Source of the DNA: Chiloscyllium plagiosum
Lineage: Eukaryota
NCBI RefSeq assembly: GCF_004010195.1
Contig: NC_057728.1
Location: forward strand, 42,016,844 to 42,080,843
Direction of reading: 5' to 3'
Length of the DNA: 64,000 bases
Part shown: piece by piece, positions 1-12,188 of the stretch
Layout: each line of letters begins with the position of its first letter
Numbering within the stretch: position 1 is the stretch's first letter
The notes under the pieces: generated by a model
Seen by the model: only the letters and a program-made list of their open reading frames with translations
Databases searched by the model: none
What the model was told of the DNA's origin: nothing
Program-made: the position numbers and the translations under genes

Positions 1-240
1 ATTCCTCCACTCTCCTCTCTATCTGTATAAAGTCTCTTTGGGTGGAACGAGCAAAGCTCCCTGCTAAGATATGGGTCCCTTTCCAGCTCGGGTAAGACCT
101 ATCCTCTTTGAACAGGTCTTTTCTGTCCCAGAGGAGACTCCAATGTGTGCAACTGGACTTGAAATCATACAGAACTGAGATTCCAGACAACATCTATGTT
201 GATCTTAGCTGGGCAGTTGTAGGGGTGGCACAAGTTGAAG

Positions 241-459
241 GAAAAATTGAGGACTGCAGATGCTGGAGATCAGAGTCAAAAAGTGTGGTGCTGGAAAGGT
301 GTGGTACTGTGGTCAGGCAGCATCCGAGGAGCAGGAGAGTCGACGTTTCAAGCATAAGCCTTTCATCACATTCACGGTGAAGAGCTTATGCTCAAAACAT
401 CGACTCTCCTGCTCCTCGGCTGCTGCCTGACTGGCTGTGCTTTTCCAGCACAACACTAC
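241..459. mobile_element. PLE-derived fold-back element (family A) with degenerate hammerhead cores
   Basis: Inverted arms at ~312-368 and ~376-431; flanking duplication gtggcac(a)agttgaag at 225-240 and 460-474. Confidence 0.75.
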
Positions 460-979
460 GTGGCACAGTTGAAGTCAACCTTCCTGAGGTAGAACAGGTA
501 AGTGTTTGCACTTGATGCGGATAACTGGTCCCGTCTTGGAAACTGGTTTCTGCTGAGCACAGACGAGAGCATGATTTGAGGTGGGAACTTGACTGTCAGA
601 AAAAGCTCCCAAGAAGCAGCTCCAAAGGAATTTTGAAGTCTGGCAGCACTGAGGGACTTGCATCTCAGCAAGTGCCTTCAGCTTTGAGCCAAGGGGGAAG
701 TGGGTGGAAGTGTGGACAAGCCCCTGATCTCTCCTCGTGATGCTCTCTTGGGTGCAAAGCTCACCACCTCTTCTTGAAAGTGGTCCCTTTGAAGACAGGT
801 GCAGGCAGCAGCCGCTTGAGTTCCTCCTCTTCACCCCCCCCTCCATTAGCCCTCCCCACCATCACCAACGACATCTGCCAACACGGATGAGGTTGGAGAC
901 GATGTGGTTTTGCCAAGAGGCTCCTTCACCTCATCCCAACAACAGTCTACTCACTCTCACTGGATGTCATTTCTCTGCT

Positions 980-1406
980 TTGCAGAGAAGATTTACCAGG
1001 ATGTTGCCTGGAATGGAGAGGAAGTCGTACGAGGATAGGTTGAGAGTTCTCGGTCTTTTCTCGTTGGGACGGCGAAGGATGAGGGGTGACTTGATCGAGG
1101 TTTATAAGATGATCAGAGGAATCGATAGAGTAGACAGTCAGAAACTTTTTCCCCGGGCACAACCGAGTGTTACAAGGGGACATAAATTTAAGGTGGAAGG
1201 TATAGGGGGGATGTCAGGGGTGGGTTCTTTACCCAGAGAGTGGTGGGGGCATGGAATGCGCTGCCTGTGGTAGTGGTAGAGTCAGAATCTTTGGTGACCT
1301 TTAAGCGGCAATTGGATAGGTACATGGATGGGTGCTTAAGCTAGGACAAATGTTCGGCACAACACCTTGGGCCGAAGGGCCTGTTCTGTGCTGTATTGTT
1401 CTATGA
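980..1406 (+). mobile_element. CR1-clade LINE 3' end (ORF2 C-terminus plus tail)
   Basis: QRRFTRMLPG...LGLFSL.RRRMRGDLIEVYK; tail gggccgaagggcctgttctgtgctgta. Confidence 0.9.
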
Positions 1407-2621
1407 TATTAAAGGAGGTAACCACAGAGATTGTGGATATATTGGTAGTAATCTTTCAGGAATTCTTTGATTCTGGAAAAGTCACAGAGGACTGAATAAC
1501 TACTAAACACTTCTTATTTTGAAAGGGAAGCAGACAAAAACAGGTAGACAAGTTAGATTAACATCTGTTACTGGGAAAATGTTAGAGTCTATGATAAAGG
1601 ATGTAATGGTAGATCATTTAGAGATATATTATAAAATCAAGCAGAGTCAGTGTAGCTTCATGATGTAGAAGTCATGCCCGATACATTTACTAGATTTATT
1701 TGAGGAGTTAACAATGGCCTACAGTGGATGTAATATGTTTGGATTTTCAGAATGCATTTGATAAGGGGCCATGCATACGACGATTTAATAAATAAAACAA
1801 AAGCCCATGGTGTTGGAGAAAGCATGTTAGCATGGATAGAGGATTAGCTAACTAATAGAAGACACAGAGGTAGGATCACCGAGGCATTTTCAGGGTGGCA
1901 ACCTGTAACTAGTGGAGTGCCACTGGGATTAATGCTGGGGCAACAATTATTTTCAGGATATGTTAATGACTTAGATGACAGAAGTGCTTATACTAGAGTC
2001 AAGTTTGTAGATGACACAAAAATAGGTGGAAATGCAAGTAGTGATGATAACATAAAGAGTGAAGAATATAGACAAGTTAACCAACTGAGCAAAAATATGG
2101 CAGTTGGAAAACAATGTGAGAAAATGTGAGGTTAAGTAGTTTGGGAGTAAGAAAAAAAGAATATGTTTAAATAGAGGAACTCCAGAAAGCCACAAAGCTG
2201 AAGGAATTTTGTGCGTGAATCACAAAAAGCTGGCATCCAATTTCAGTGAGCAACAACAAAGAAAAATTTATTTCCATAGGAATGAAGGTAAAAAATATGG
2301 AAGTTTTACTAAAACGATCGTAGGCACCAGTCAGACCACAGCTCAAATACATGAACAGTTTTAGGCTCTTACCTAAGGAGCATTATACTGGAGGCAGTCC
2401 AGGGGACGTTCATCAGGCTAATACCAGGCATGGAGGGACTGTCTAATGAGGAGAGGGAGTATGTTGGGCCTCTATTCATTGGAATTTAGAAGAATGAGAA
2501 GTGACTGTATTGAAACATATAAAGTTCAGAGAGACTGGAAAGGTTATTTCCTCAGTTGGAGAGACTGGAACCAGAGGACACAATCTCAGAATTAGGGTTC
2601 ACATATTTAAGATAGAGATAA

Positions 2622-2868
2622 GGGTGGCACAATGGCTCAGTAGTTAGCACTGTGCCTCACAGTACCAGGGATCTGGGTTCAATTCCACCCTCAGGCAACT
2701 GTCTGTGTGGAGTTTACACATTCTCCCTATATCTGTGTGGGTTTTCTCCCAGAGTCCAATGACATGTGCATTGGTCTTGGGCAATGTCTGGGTGGAAGGC
2801 TCTTTGGAGATTTGGTGTGGACTCGATGGGCCAAATGGTGTGCTTCCACACTGTAGGGATTCTATTCT
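2622..2868 (+). mobile_element. HE1-like tRNA-derived V-SINE (internally deleted)
   Basis: A/B-box-like head (tggctcagtagttag; ggttcaattcc), V-domain and tail ccacactgtagggattct. Confidence 0.88.
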
Positions 2869-3194
2869 GGGGTGGCACGGTGGCTCAGTGGTTAGCACTG
2901 CTGCCTCACAGCACCAGGGTCCCAGGTTCGATTCCAGTCTCGGGCGACTGTCTGTGTGGAGTTTGCACATTCTCCCCGTGTCTGCGTGGGTTTCCTCCGG
3001 GTGTAGTAGTAGTGCTCCGATTTCCTCCCATAGTCCAAAGATGTGCAGGTTAGGTGAAGTGGCCATGCTAAATTGCCCATAGTGTTAGGTGCATTAGTCA
3101 GAGGGAAAAGGGGTTTGGCTGGGTTACTCCTCGGAGGGTTGGTGTGGACTTGGGCCAAACGGCCTGTTTGTACACTGTAGGGAATCTAATCTAA
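2869..3194 (+). mobile_element. HE1-like V-SINE, full length
   Basis: Head ggcacggtggctcagtggttagc...ggttcgattcc; tail gggaatctaatctaa. Confidence 0.92.
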
Positions 3195-3411
3195 GATGAG
3201 GATGAAGATCTTCACTCAGAGGGTAGTGAACTAATGGAATTTGTTACCATTGAGGCTGGGTTGTTGTGTATATTCAAGGCCAAGATAGACTTATTTTTAA
3301 TCAGTATGGGGAAAATGCAGGAAAGTGTAGTTGAGCATTATCAGATCATTAAATGATGGAGCAAACGTATTGGACTAATAGGCCTACTACTGCTGGTTCA
3401 TCTCATGATCA

Positions 3412-4016
3412 TTCAGTATAGGAGTTAGGAGGTCATGTTGCGGCTATACCGAACATTGGTTAGGCCACTTTTGGAGTATTGCATGCAAATCTGTTCTCCT
3501 TCTTATCAGAAGGATGTTGTGAAATTTGAAAAGATTCAGAAAAGATTTACAAGGGTGTTGTCAGGGTTGGAGGATTTGAGCTATAGGGACAGTCTAAACA
3601 GGCTGGGGCTGTTTTCCCTGGAGCATTGGAGGCTGAGGGGTGACTTTGTAGAGGTTTATAAAATCATGAGGGCCATGGATAGGATAAATAGACAAAGTCT
3701 TTTCCCTGGGGTGGGGGGAGTCCAGAACTAGAGGGCAAAGGTTTAGGATGAGAGGGGAAAGATATAAAAGAGACTCAAGGGGCAATGTTTTCACACAGAG
3801 TATGGTGTGTGTACGGAATGAGCTGCCAGAGTAAGTGGTGGAGGCTGGTACAAATACAGCATTTAAAAGGCATCTGGATGGATAAATGAATAGGAAGGGT
3901 TTAGAGGGATATGGGCCAAGTGCTGGCAAATGGAACTAGATTAGGTTGGTATACGTGGTCGACATGGCTGAGTTGGACCAAAGGGTCTGTTTCCATGCTG
4001 TACATCTCTATGACTA
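3412..4016 (+). mobile_element. HER1-like CR1 LINE 3' end
   Basis: LYRTLVRPLLEYC...RLRGD.VEVYK; tail gctgtacatctctatgact. Confidence 0.9.
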
Positions 4017-4839
4017 AGCTCTTTATGTCAATAGAAATGCTCTTATTAAGAATGCAAGTAATTAAAGGAAGCAGTATGTTCTCATTACCATAATTCAGGA
4101 CATGCAAATATAAATTGCTCAATGTATACTAGTAAACCACTGGCAATAAGAGGAACACAGAAGAAATCCTCAGAAAATGCAGCACCAGTAAGAACAAGAA
4201 TTGTTAATTCAGTGGCACAGGTACAAGTGACAGTAATTTCCACTGAGAAAATTGCATCTGAAAATTGAAACTTGTGAGAAACCTAATTTGCCTTATACCT
4301 TCACCATGTGAGCAGATAGAGATGGAAAGGATTATAATGGGTTTTTATTTGAAAATGAAGCCACTCCACTTTTGTCCAATGAAGAGCTTAGAAAGATTGT
4401 TAGCATGAGAGGTGCTGATTTTGCTCAGAGCTTATTGTTAGCAAAGGATTTAGGACGTCCTTAAGGAAGTTCTTTGAATCAAAATGTAACCAAACCAAGA
4501 GCGCTAATCAATGTTTAGATGTCGGATAGAACAGCAGGAATATGAGCACATTGGATGTTCACAAAGAAAACTTCAGGAGGATAGGAATGATGTAATTTGG
4601 GAATGGCTTGGAAGATGAAAAATATGTTTCAGTATTTCAAAATAATTTTGAATTGTTTGTTTCTGCTGTCAGAAGACTCTCACTAACTCATAACCTTTCC
4701 TCCCCCAATTGTTGTTAGGGAAATACATTATCCAGTACAATTTGGGATCATTTGGAATGCAACAATCCTTGATTCAATTAAATGAATTTATTTAAATGAT
4801 TTAAGTGGGGTGATGGTGAGAGTTCTACAACCGGCCTTT

Positions 4840-5465
4840 GTGTTATAGTCAAGTACTGAAGACTTGTGTTTCAGAACTTGCCACACCCTTAACCAAGCTG
4901 TTCCAATATAGCCCCGACACTGGCATCCACCCAACAATGTGGAAAATTGCCCGTAATGATCTCCTACAACCTTTCCCATGAGGCAGAAGATACAGGAGCG
5001 TTAACACATGCACCATGGAAGAGGTCATCAACAGTGTTATCCAGCAGCAACAGTTGCAATAATTTTTTCACTGTTGCTTCGTTAGGGTTCCATCAGAGAA
5101 ACTCAGAACCTGATCCATTACAATCTTAATTCAAACATGAAGTCCAATAATGAGTTGATATTGACTGCCTTTGACATAAAGGCTGCATTGACCTAGTGTG
5201 GCATCAAGGAGCCTGCACAAAACTAGAGTCAATGGAAATCAGGAGGAAAATTCTCCACTGGTTAGAGCCAGACCTAGCAGCAAAGAAGATGGTTGTGGGG
5301 TTGGAGGTTAGTCATTTCAGCTCCAAGATACTTCTGCAGGAGTTTCTCACTGTAGTGCAATGGACCCAAACATCTTTAATTGCTTCAGCAATGACCTTCC
5401 CTTCATCATAATGTCAGAAATAGGGTGTTCACTGATGGTTGCACAATGTTCAGCATTACTCATGA
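4840..5465 (+). mobile_element. Degenerate LINE RT fragment (CR1/L2 group)
   Basis: LKTC..ELA.PL.KLFQ and MWKIA-like segments, ALD(I)KAA.D.VWH motif, frameshifted. Confidence 0.65.
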
Positions 5466-5471
5466 CTCAAA

Positions 5472-5528
5472 CATTGTGGCGCTGGAAAAGCCCAGCAGGT
5501 CAGGCAGCATCCGAGGAGCAGGAAAATC
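5472..5528 (-). mobile_element. Partial PLE family A terminal repeat
   Basis: gctggaaaagcccagcaggtcaggcagcatccgaggagcagg matches the other copies. Confidence 0.65.
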
Positions 5529-6059
5529 TTTGTTCTAGAATAAATTTAATAGAGGAAAGGTGCTCCCTAATTCCCATTGCAATTTTGGTTTCCTGCATAG
5601 TGAACTCCTCCTTCTCTTCCTTCAGATAGCTGCTCCTGCTCTGCGGTGCCTTTCTTGCTGCCCTCATCTATCTGAAGTTATCCTTATGAAACCAGTTATG
5701 ATGGTAGCTAGGTGATATCTGAGGCAGACAGTAATAGCAGCAAAATCCTACTCTGTTGACACAAACAGAATTGTTCAAAGTGATAAAGCTAATCAAAAGA
5801 TATCCAGAAGTTATCCTGCAGCCTGAAACAAGAAATCAGTAATGAATCATTAAGTATTGCTTAATCCTGTCAAATCTCTTTGTTGAGGGTGCCTTTCATA
5901 CTGGTTAGTGACACTTTGTGTTGTGAAGCTTGAGGACATTCACATATGGAAAACTGGTCCAGCAAAAAACAGGGTGATTGTTAATTGTTCTTGGCACCAG
6001 CTGAATCGCTTTATCCATCTTTTTCAGCTGGAAAAGCTCACAACATATTTTTTCCTTCA

Positions 6060-6236
6060 AAGCAAAATACCATGGATGCTGGAAATCTGAAGTAAAAGTA
6101 CAAATTGTTGGTGAAACTCAGCAGGTCAGTGTTCTGAAGAAGAATCACATGGGACTTGAAATAGTAATTCTAGATCCCTCTCCACAGATGCTGCCAGACC
6201 TATTGATTTTCTCCAGAATTTTCAATTTTTATTTTA
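6060..6236. mobile_element. PLE-derived fold-back element (family B) with degenerate hammerhead core
   Basis: Arm ...ctcagcaggtc inverted against gacctattga...; CUGAAGA at 6134-6140 and GAAA at 6158-6161. Confidence 0.6.
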
Positions 6237-6959
6237 ATATTTTGGCCTGCTCTATTGAGACCTTAAAATAAGGTTCCAAAGAATGAGCACTGCATGTTGA
6301 AATTTCTAAGACCACATTGCAAATCTGCAAGGTCCATGATTTTGTCAAAGGTTATTAACTATAGAGAAAACAAATAGTTTTTTTGTCAAAAACTTCACGC
6401 CAACTAAAGGATCAGCTCCAGACAGGATAATTAAATTCACCCTAACTATGTGCCCATGTTAGTATACATTGGTCTGTTGTAACTATTGATATGCCTTTTA
6501 AAAATATTTATATATTAACAAGCTTATAAATAGAAGATCCAACAGTTAACTTGAAGCAATTGCATGTCTCCCTTTTGCCATATTTATTAGGTTGTATGTG
6601 AAAACCAAATAAAAATTGTCCATACTATTCTGTTAAAGAATATTTTACAGTTGTGCTTATAAAGATAAAGACATTTTTGTTTTATTTCCGAGTGTGGGAG
6701 GAAGCGAGGTCAATCACCATATTGCGTTTAGTTTATAAAAAAAATGAGCAGCATTGGCTTTAGTAACACCCAGAATGCCAATTTTAACTTCAAAAGATGT
6801 TACAGTCTCATAGTTTTGGATAGGTTATTTAGATATCCTTTATGTTTATGTCCTTGTTGCGACAAAACACATCAATTGACACTTAATTGGCTGCATGCCT
6901 TACAATGTCCACTTTCAGGAACTCCTCTACTATTTCTGAAGCTGTATATTTAAACACAC

Positions 6960-7340
6960 CTCCAATCTGTCATTTCTTCTTCTTTTTTCTCCATTTCCTC
7001 CTTCACCTCACCACCATTCCAAAACCACTTGTCCTCTCCTTTTCTTGCATCCTCTTTTATCTGCTCTTTCCACACATCTTTATCCTAGTCCCACTGTTGT
7101 GTCTTCTCTCACCCCTCTCTTTTCGTTATCTCTTCCTTTCTTGTCCTCTTCTCCTTTCCTTCATCTCCCTTCCCATTCAACTATCTGTACACCTTCCTTA
7201 GCCCCTCCTCTCTTTCCCATTTTTAGTCCTTCACTGCTTTCTAATTTCCTCTCCCCATGTTCATTCTCCCCTCCAACGTGCCTCTTCTATCTCTCACTTA
7301 CCTCCACAGGTTCCATCATTCCTCGTTCTTTGACCCTACT
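6960..7340. repeat. Polypyrimidine (CT-rich) low-complexity tract
   Basis: About 380 bp strongly enriched in C/T on the + strand. Confidence 0.8.
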
Positions 7341-8547
7341 TAACTTGGAAAGTTTGAGTCAGTCTTGTGAAGACTGACAAAAAATACCGTGCACTGAGTT
7401 CTAATATCTATGAATTGAATAATCATAGTCCTGTAGCAGAGATGGAGAGGTGATTTTGCACAATGTAAGAACCTAACATCTCTTTTATGTGTTCTTGAGA
7501 AATTGTGAATAACTAAAAAATACTCTTCAATACAGAGACTTCCACAATACTTCAGGTGTACAGACTGCACTTCAAAGATCAATCTATCACAACACCTATT
7601 TTACAACAAAACAAGTGGAAGTAAGTTGAATTTCATACCCAAATAGTTTGCCTTCCTTGTTTGAACAATTTTTGTCCATTCCTAACCAATAATACTTGCT
7701 ATACTTACCTAATAGAATTCCTGTTTATCAAACAGCATATGTTGACAGACAATTTTCTCTGATCAAATATGTTACAAATGTTTAATTGCTGTTGTTACAA
7801 TTTGATTTGATTGTGATTTTTAGTTACAGAAAAAAAACTCGAAGCTAATAGAAACACAGAAAAATATTTTTATTATTTAAGTCACTTTCCATTTGATTTT
7901 TTTCAGATTCTGTTAAACAATACCAATGTTAGTGTTCGGAAGTGCTTTTCAATGTTCAGAAGTGTTTTTCAGTCTTCTAAACAAATAAGATTGATGTTAA
8001 TGATGTGGTACTGGTTTTGTTTATGTAACATACACTGACCTCATTTAAAGACTATATCCAAACTTTATTTTTATGTGTCAATTTGAAGCTTTCATGTAAA
8101 GGAAACAAAATGGAAAACCACGACGATTATTACAAATGACCCTTGTACTGAGAGATCAGTACAAGTATAAAATCAACCTTTGCTACAAAGAGCTGTTGAA
8201 ATTTAGATTCAATTTAAGGTTATTGCTGTAGAATCAACTTTATTACTGGTCAGATTAAATATATTTTTGTGTATTTAGTTACTGATGCATCACAACTAGG
8301 GCTCTACCCTGGATTCACATAGTTTTGTTTATGAAGTTAGTCAATCAATACAGGCCCCAACATACAAAATGAAAAACACACCATCAAAATAGCAGAGAGA
8401 TTTGGTGAAATCTAGCAGCATTAAAGTCTGATACAGGGGTATTTGTTTTCTGTTATGGATTCTTAGAAGTAATTAGCTAGGAAAATAAAATAGAATGCTG
8501 TAGAGGTAAATAGATCAAAAAATTACTACCAGTCTTATATCTTATAT

Positions 8548-8747
8548 GTAAATAGACCTGAAGTTCCAACAGGTCCCATATATTTGAACAGGTATTATGA
8601 CCTTGATTTTAATACAGTTTGCCGAGTTAAACCAAGTGATTAAAATGCTTCAGGTCTATTTACTGCCTTGTGTCTGAAAATCAAAAACATCTTTTATCCA
8701 AAAACAGTTGGTCCCGAGGTTTTTGGATAAAGGATATTCGATCTGTA
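8548..8747. mobile_element. Probable Tc1/mariner (Tigger-like) MITE remnant
   Basis: 16-bp inverted repeat 8548-8563/8648-8663, 13-bp inverted repeat 8693-8705/8719-8731, terminal ...ctgTA. Confidence 0.5.
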
Positions 8748-8789
8748 CTCGAGATGATTGTGGCCTGCACTCAGGTCTGGATTTTCACA

Positions 8790-9170
8790 TCAGTTCTCGC
8801 ATTTTATCAAGCAAACAAGAAAAGCGGAAGGGATGTTGAAAACTAGCAATTCTGAGGAAGATATTACAGGAAAACAGTTACAAGAAGGAAAATAAATGGT
8901 ATAAGGGTGTTGCTGATGATGGGCATGAATTAGGTGTTGGCCTGATTTTTTACACTGGATTCCTGGGTTACTGTAGCAAAATTCCTGGACTATTGTAGCA
9001 AAAAATTGGTGATGTACAGGAAACGAGACTGTGAAGAACATAGAAGCCTTACGGGGTTGTTGGGCTAGAAGAGATTGGAGGTGGAGACTGGGCTGGGGTG
9101 AGGCCATGGAAAGTTTTGAATATCAGTTTTTACTGTTCATTATAAAATGGAGCTGTTGCTGGAGTACAGA
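8790..9170 (-). mobile_element. L2-like LINE 3' fragment
   Basis: ggggtgaggccatggaaagttttgaa segment resembles the copy at ~60960; degenerate. Confidence 0.45.
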
Positions 9171-9423
9171 ATCACTGAATTAAATAATTATAAAATCCAG
9201 TCTAAAGTCATCATCAATTAGATTAGACCTGTTCTGGGATTGATGATTCACCCTGACGAAACCTGTGCTGTACCAGGCAGGAAGATCTGAGAGCCTTGCA
9301 CTCCTCAGGGATGTGATTGCCTTGGTGCAGGACAGGAGGGTGGACACCTGACTCAGCAGCCTTTGACAGGATATTGCACGCCTACATGAGGGATGTGCTC
9401 TCCAAAACAGTGAACAAAAGAGT

Positions 9424-10018
9424 ATAGAATCATTGAGTCCCTACAGTGCTGAAGGAGGCCATTGGCCCATCGAGTCCACACTGAACCTTTGAAGAGCATC
9501 CCACCCAAACCCAACCCCCTACCATATCCCTATAACCCCACATTTACCATGGCTAATCCACCTAGCCTACACATCTCTGAACACTATGGATAATTTTTTA
9601 ACATGGCCAATCCACTTTATCTGCACATAGAGTCATAGAGATGTACAGCACGGAAACAGACACTTCGGTCTATCTTGTCCATGCCGAACAGATATCCCAA
9701 CCTAATCCCACCTGCCACACCTGGCCCATATCCCTCCAAACCCTTCCTATTCATATACCCATCCAAATGCCTTTTAAATGTTGCAATTGTACCAGCCTCC
9801 ACCACTTCCTCTGGCAGCTCATTCCATACATGTATCACCCTCTGCATGAAAAAGTTGCCCCTTAGGTCTGTTTATATCTTTCCCCTCTCACCCTAAACCT
9901 ATGCCCTCTAGTTCTGGACTCCCCCACCCCAGGAAAAAGACTTTGTCTATTTATCCAGTCATGCCCCTAATGATTTTATAAACCTCTATAAGGTCACCCC
10001 CACATCTTTTGACTTGGT
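9424..10018 (-). mobile_element. HE1-like SINE 3' half split by a HER1 LINE 3' end (9629-10000)
   Basis: Reversed SINE tail, then LINE tail agagtcatagagatgtacagc; SINE resumes at cacatctttt. Confidence 0.85.
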
Positions 10019-11190
10019 GAATCAGATTTGGTGCAGGTTAGGACAGAAGCTGCAGAAATATCCATTACTTCAACTTTATGAAGGGGATTCTTGTGTTGTA
10101 TCTCACAGTCAATGTGCCTGTGTACCTTTGTGGGACATATTCGCCATAGCATCGCTGTACTATAGCATATGACCTCAGGATACGAAGGTCTCATCTTGCT
10201 GGGGATAACTTGAAGCATGATACGCTCCAAGGAGCATGCTGCTTAAAGTTGTTCTGTGCAGCTTAATAGCATGATGTTAGTCAAGAGATTTATGTGCCTT
10301 AGAACGTAATGTTTGTATATATTAGCAAACTGTAATAAACATCAGCTGGATGCATTAATACCATAATATCCATACCTAGTTTCTTATGTTATGAGGGATG
10401 ACAGGCATTACTACATCAGGCAGGAGGCAAAACAATCATCAGGGAAAATGTGAGAGGCTAGTCAGACAAATGGTGGAGAGAACAGAGGAACAGTAAGCTT
10501 AAAGACAAAGAGCTGTAGAGATCAGATTTTAAGTGAGAATTATAATTGTAAACTTGAAGTGTTTTGGAAAAATAAGGTAGCCAATGTAGTCAGCAAGACT
10601 AAATGTAGGAATATAAGAAATAGGAGCAGATGTAGGCCATTCAGCCCCTCAAATCTGCCCCCCCACCGTTCAACAAGACCAAGGCTAATCTGCCCCAGGT
10701 CTCAACCTCTCTTTCATGGCAGCTCAGCATAGCTGACAATGCATTGATATTTATCACCTGGTTGTGTACTTTCAGTGATCTAGCCTCCACAACTCTCTGG
10801 GGTAGAGAGTCCCAGCCATTCACTACCATGTGGGAGAAGAAATACTTTCACATTCAGTTTTAAATGAGTGTGCGCTTATTCTGTGACTATGTCCCCAGTT
10901 CAAGATTCTCCAGTCTCCCAGCTCAGTGGAAACATTTTTTCAACCATTAAGTCCCCTCAGAGTCTTGTCTGTTTCAATGTAATGGTGGCTCTGTGGTGAG
11001 CTGTGTCTGTGTGGGTTTCCTTGGGTGTCCCAGTTTCCTCCCACAGTCTAAAGCTGTACAGGTTAGGTGGATTGGCCATGCCGAAATGTCTCGGGATGTG
11101 CAGGTTAGTTGGGTCAGCGATGGGAAATATGGGATGGATCTGGGTGGGATGATCTTCGGAGGGTTGGTGTGGACTTGATGTACTGAATGG

Positions 11191-11383
11191 TAAAAACAAT
11201 GACTGCAGATGCTGGAAACCAGATTCTGGATCAATGGTGCTGGAAGAGCACAGCAATTCAGGCAGCATCGAGGAGCTTCAGCAAAATCGACGTTTCGGGC
11301 AAAAGCCCTTCAGGAATATTATTCCTGATGAAGGGCTTTTGCCCGAAACGTCGATTTTGCTGAAGCTCCTCGATGCTGCCTGA
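11191..11383. mobile_element. PLE family A fold-back insertion, young
   Basis: 60-bp inverted arms 11258-11317/11321-11383, identical apart from a 3-nt indel; perfect 19-bp duplication 11172-11190/11382-11400. Confidence 0.88.
11321..11356 (+). ncRNA. Minimal type I hammerhead ribozyme motif
   Basis: AUUC-CUGAUGA-A-GGGC-UUUU-GCCC-GAAA-C-GUC|GAUU. Confidence 0.72.
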
Positions 11384-12004
11384 CTTGATGTACTGAATGG
11401 CCTGTTTCCACACTGTAGGGATTCTGTGACAATTATGCCTCATTTTTTTAAGCTCTAATGAGTAAAGGCCTAACTTGTTTCACTGTTCTTGATAAATCAA
11501 CCCCTTCATCCTAGGAATCAGCCGAGTGAATCTCTTATGAGCAACCTCCAATGCCAGTATATCCTTTATTACATATGAGAATCAAGACTACACACAGCAC
11601 TAAAGATGCATCCTCACCAACATCCTGTACAGTTGTAACAAGGCTTCCATCTTCTTAAACTGCACCCCCGAACAATAAAGGCCAAATTTGCTGCCTTAAT
11701 TACTTGCTGCACCAGCATGCTACATGTTTTGATTCTTCCTACCAAAGTGCATGACCTCGCACTTATCTACATTAAACGCAACTTGTCAACTTGTTGCACT
11801 CCCTTTACTCAAAATCCCCTTGCAGATTCCTAATGAGCTCATCTCAACTTGATCTCCCACCTATCTTTGTATCACCAGCAAATATGGATACATTACACTC
11901 TGCCACCTCCTTCAAGTCATTAATATAGATAGTTTCTAACTGAGGCTTTCGGACAGATCCTTGTGGCAATTTACGAGTTACATCTTTCTATCCTGAAAAA
12001 GGCC

Positions 12005-12188
12005 TAGCCCCACTCCCCTCTCATTTATCTCTCCACCCCTCCGAGGCTCCCAGCCTCATTCCTGATTAAGGGCTTTGGCCAGAAACGTCAATTTTCCTGC
12101 TCCTCGGAAGCTATCTGACTTGCTGTGCTTTTCCAGCACCACACTTTCAACTCTAATCTCCAGCATCTGCAGTCCTCACTTTCGCCTC
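12005..12188 (+). mobile_element. PLE family A 3' terminus with mutated hammerhead (CUGAUUA)
   Basis: C-rich leader, cctgattaagggctttggccagaaacgtc, end atctccagcatctgcagtcctcactttc. Confidence 0.75.

Larger units (their letters stand above)
1409..3405 (+). mobile_element. Old CR1 LINE RT region and 3' end, interrupted by a SINE dimer
   Basis: Degenerate YLDFQ.AFDK, SGVP.G..LG and KFVDDTK motifs with many stops. Confidence 0.85.
10984..11430 (+). mobile_element. HE1-like SINE (head partly deleted) interrupted by a PLE hairpin insertion
   Basis: V-domain gtgggtttccttgggtgtcccagtttcctcccacagtc; tail cctgtttccacactgtagggattct. Confidence 0.85.

Noticed and set aside
2622..2700. tRNA-like A/B boxes here and in other copies
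   Set aside because: These are SINE heads followed by the V-domain and LINE-like tail, not tRNA genes.
6887..7377. Hydrophobic 104-110 aa ORFs
   Set aside because: Artefact of a CT-rich tract that lacks stop codons.
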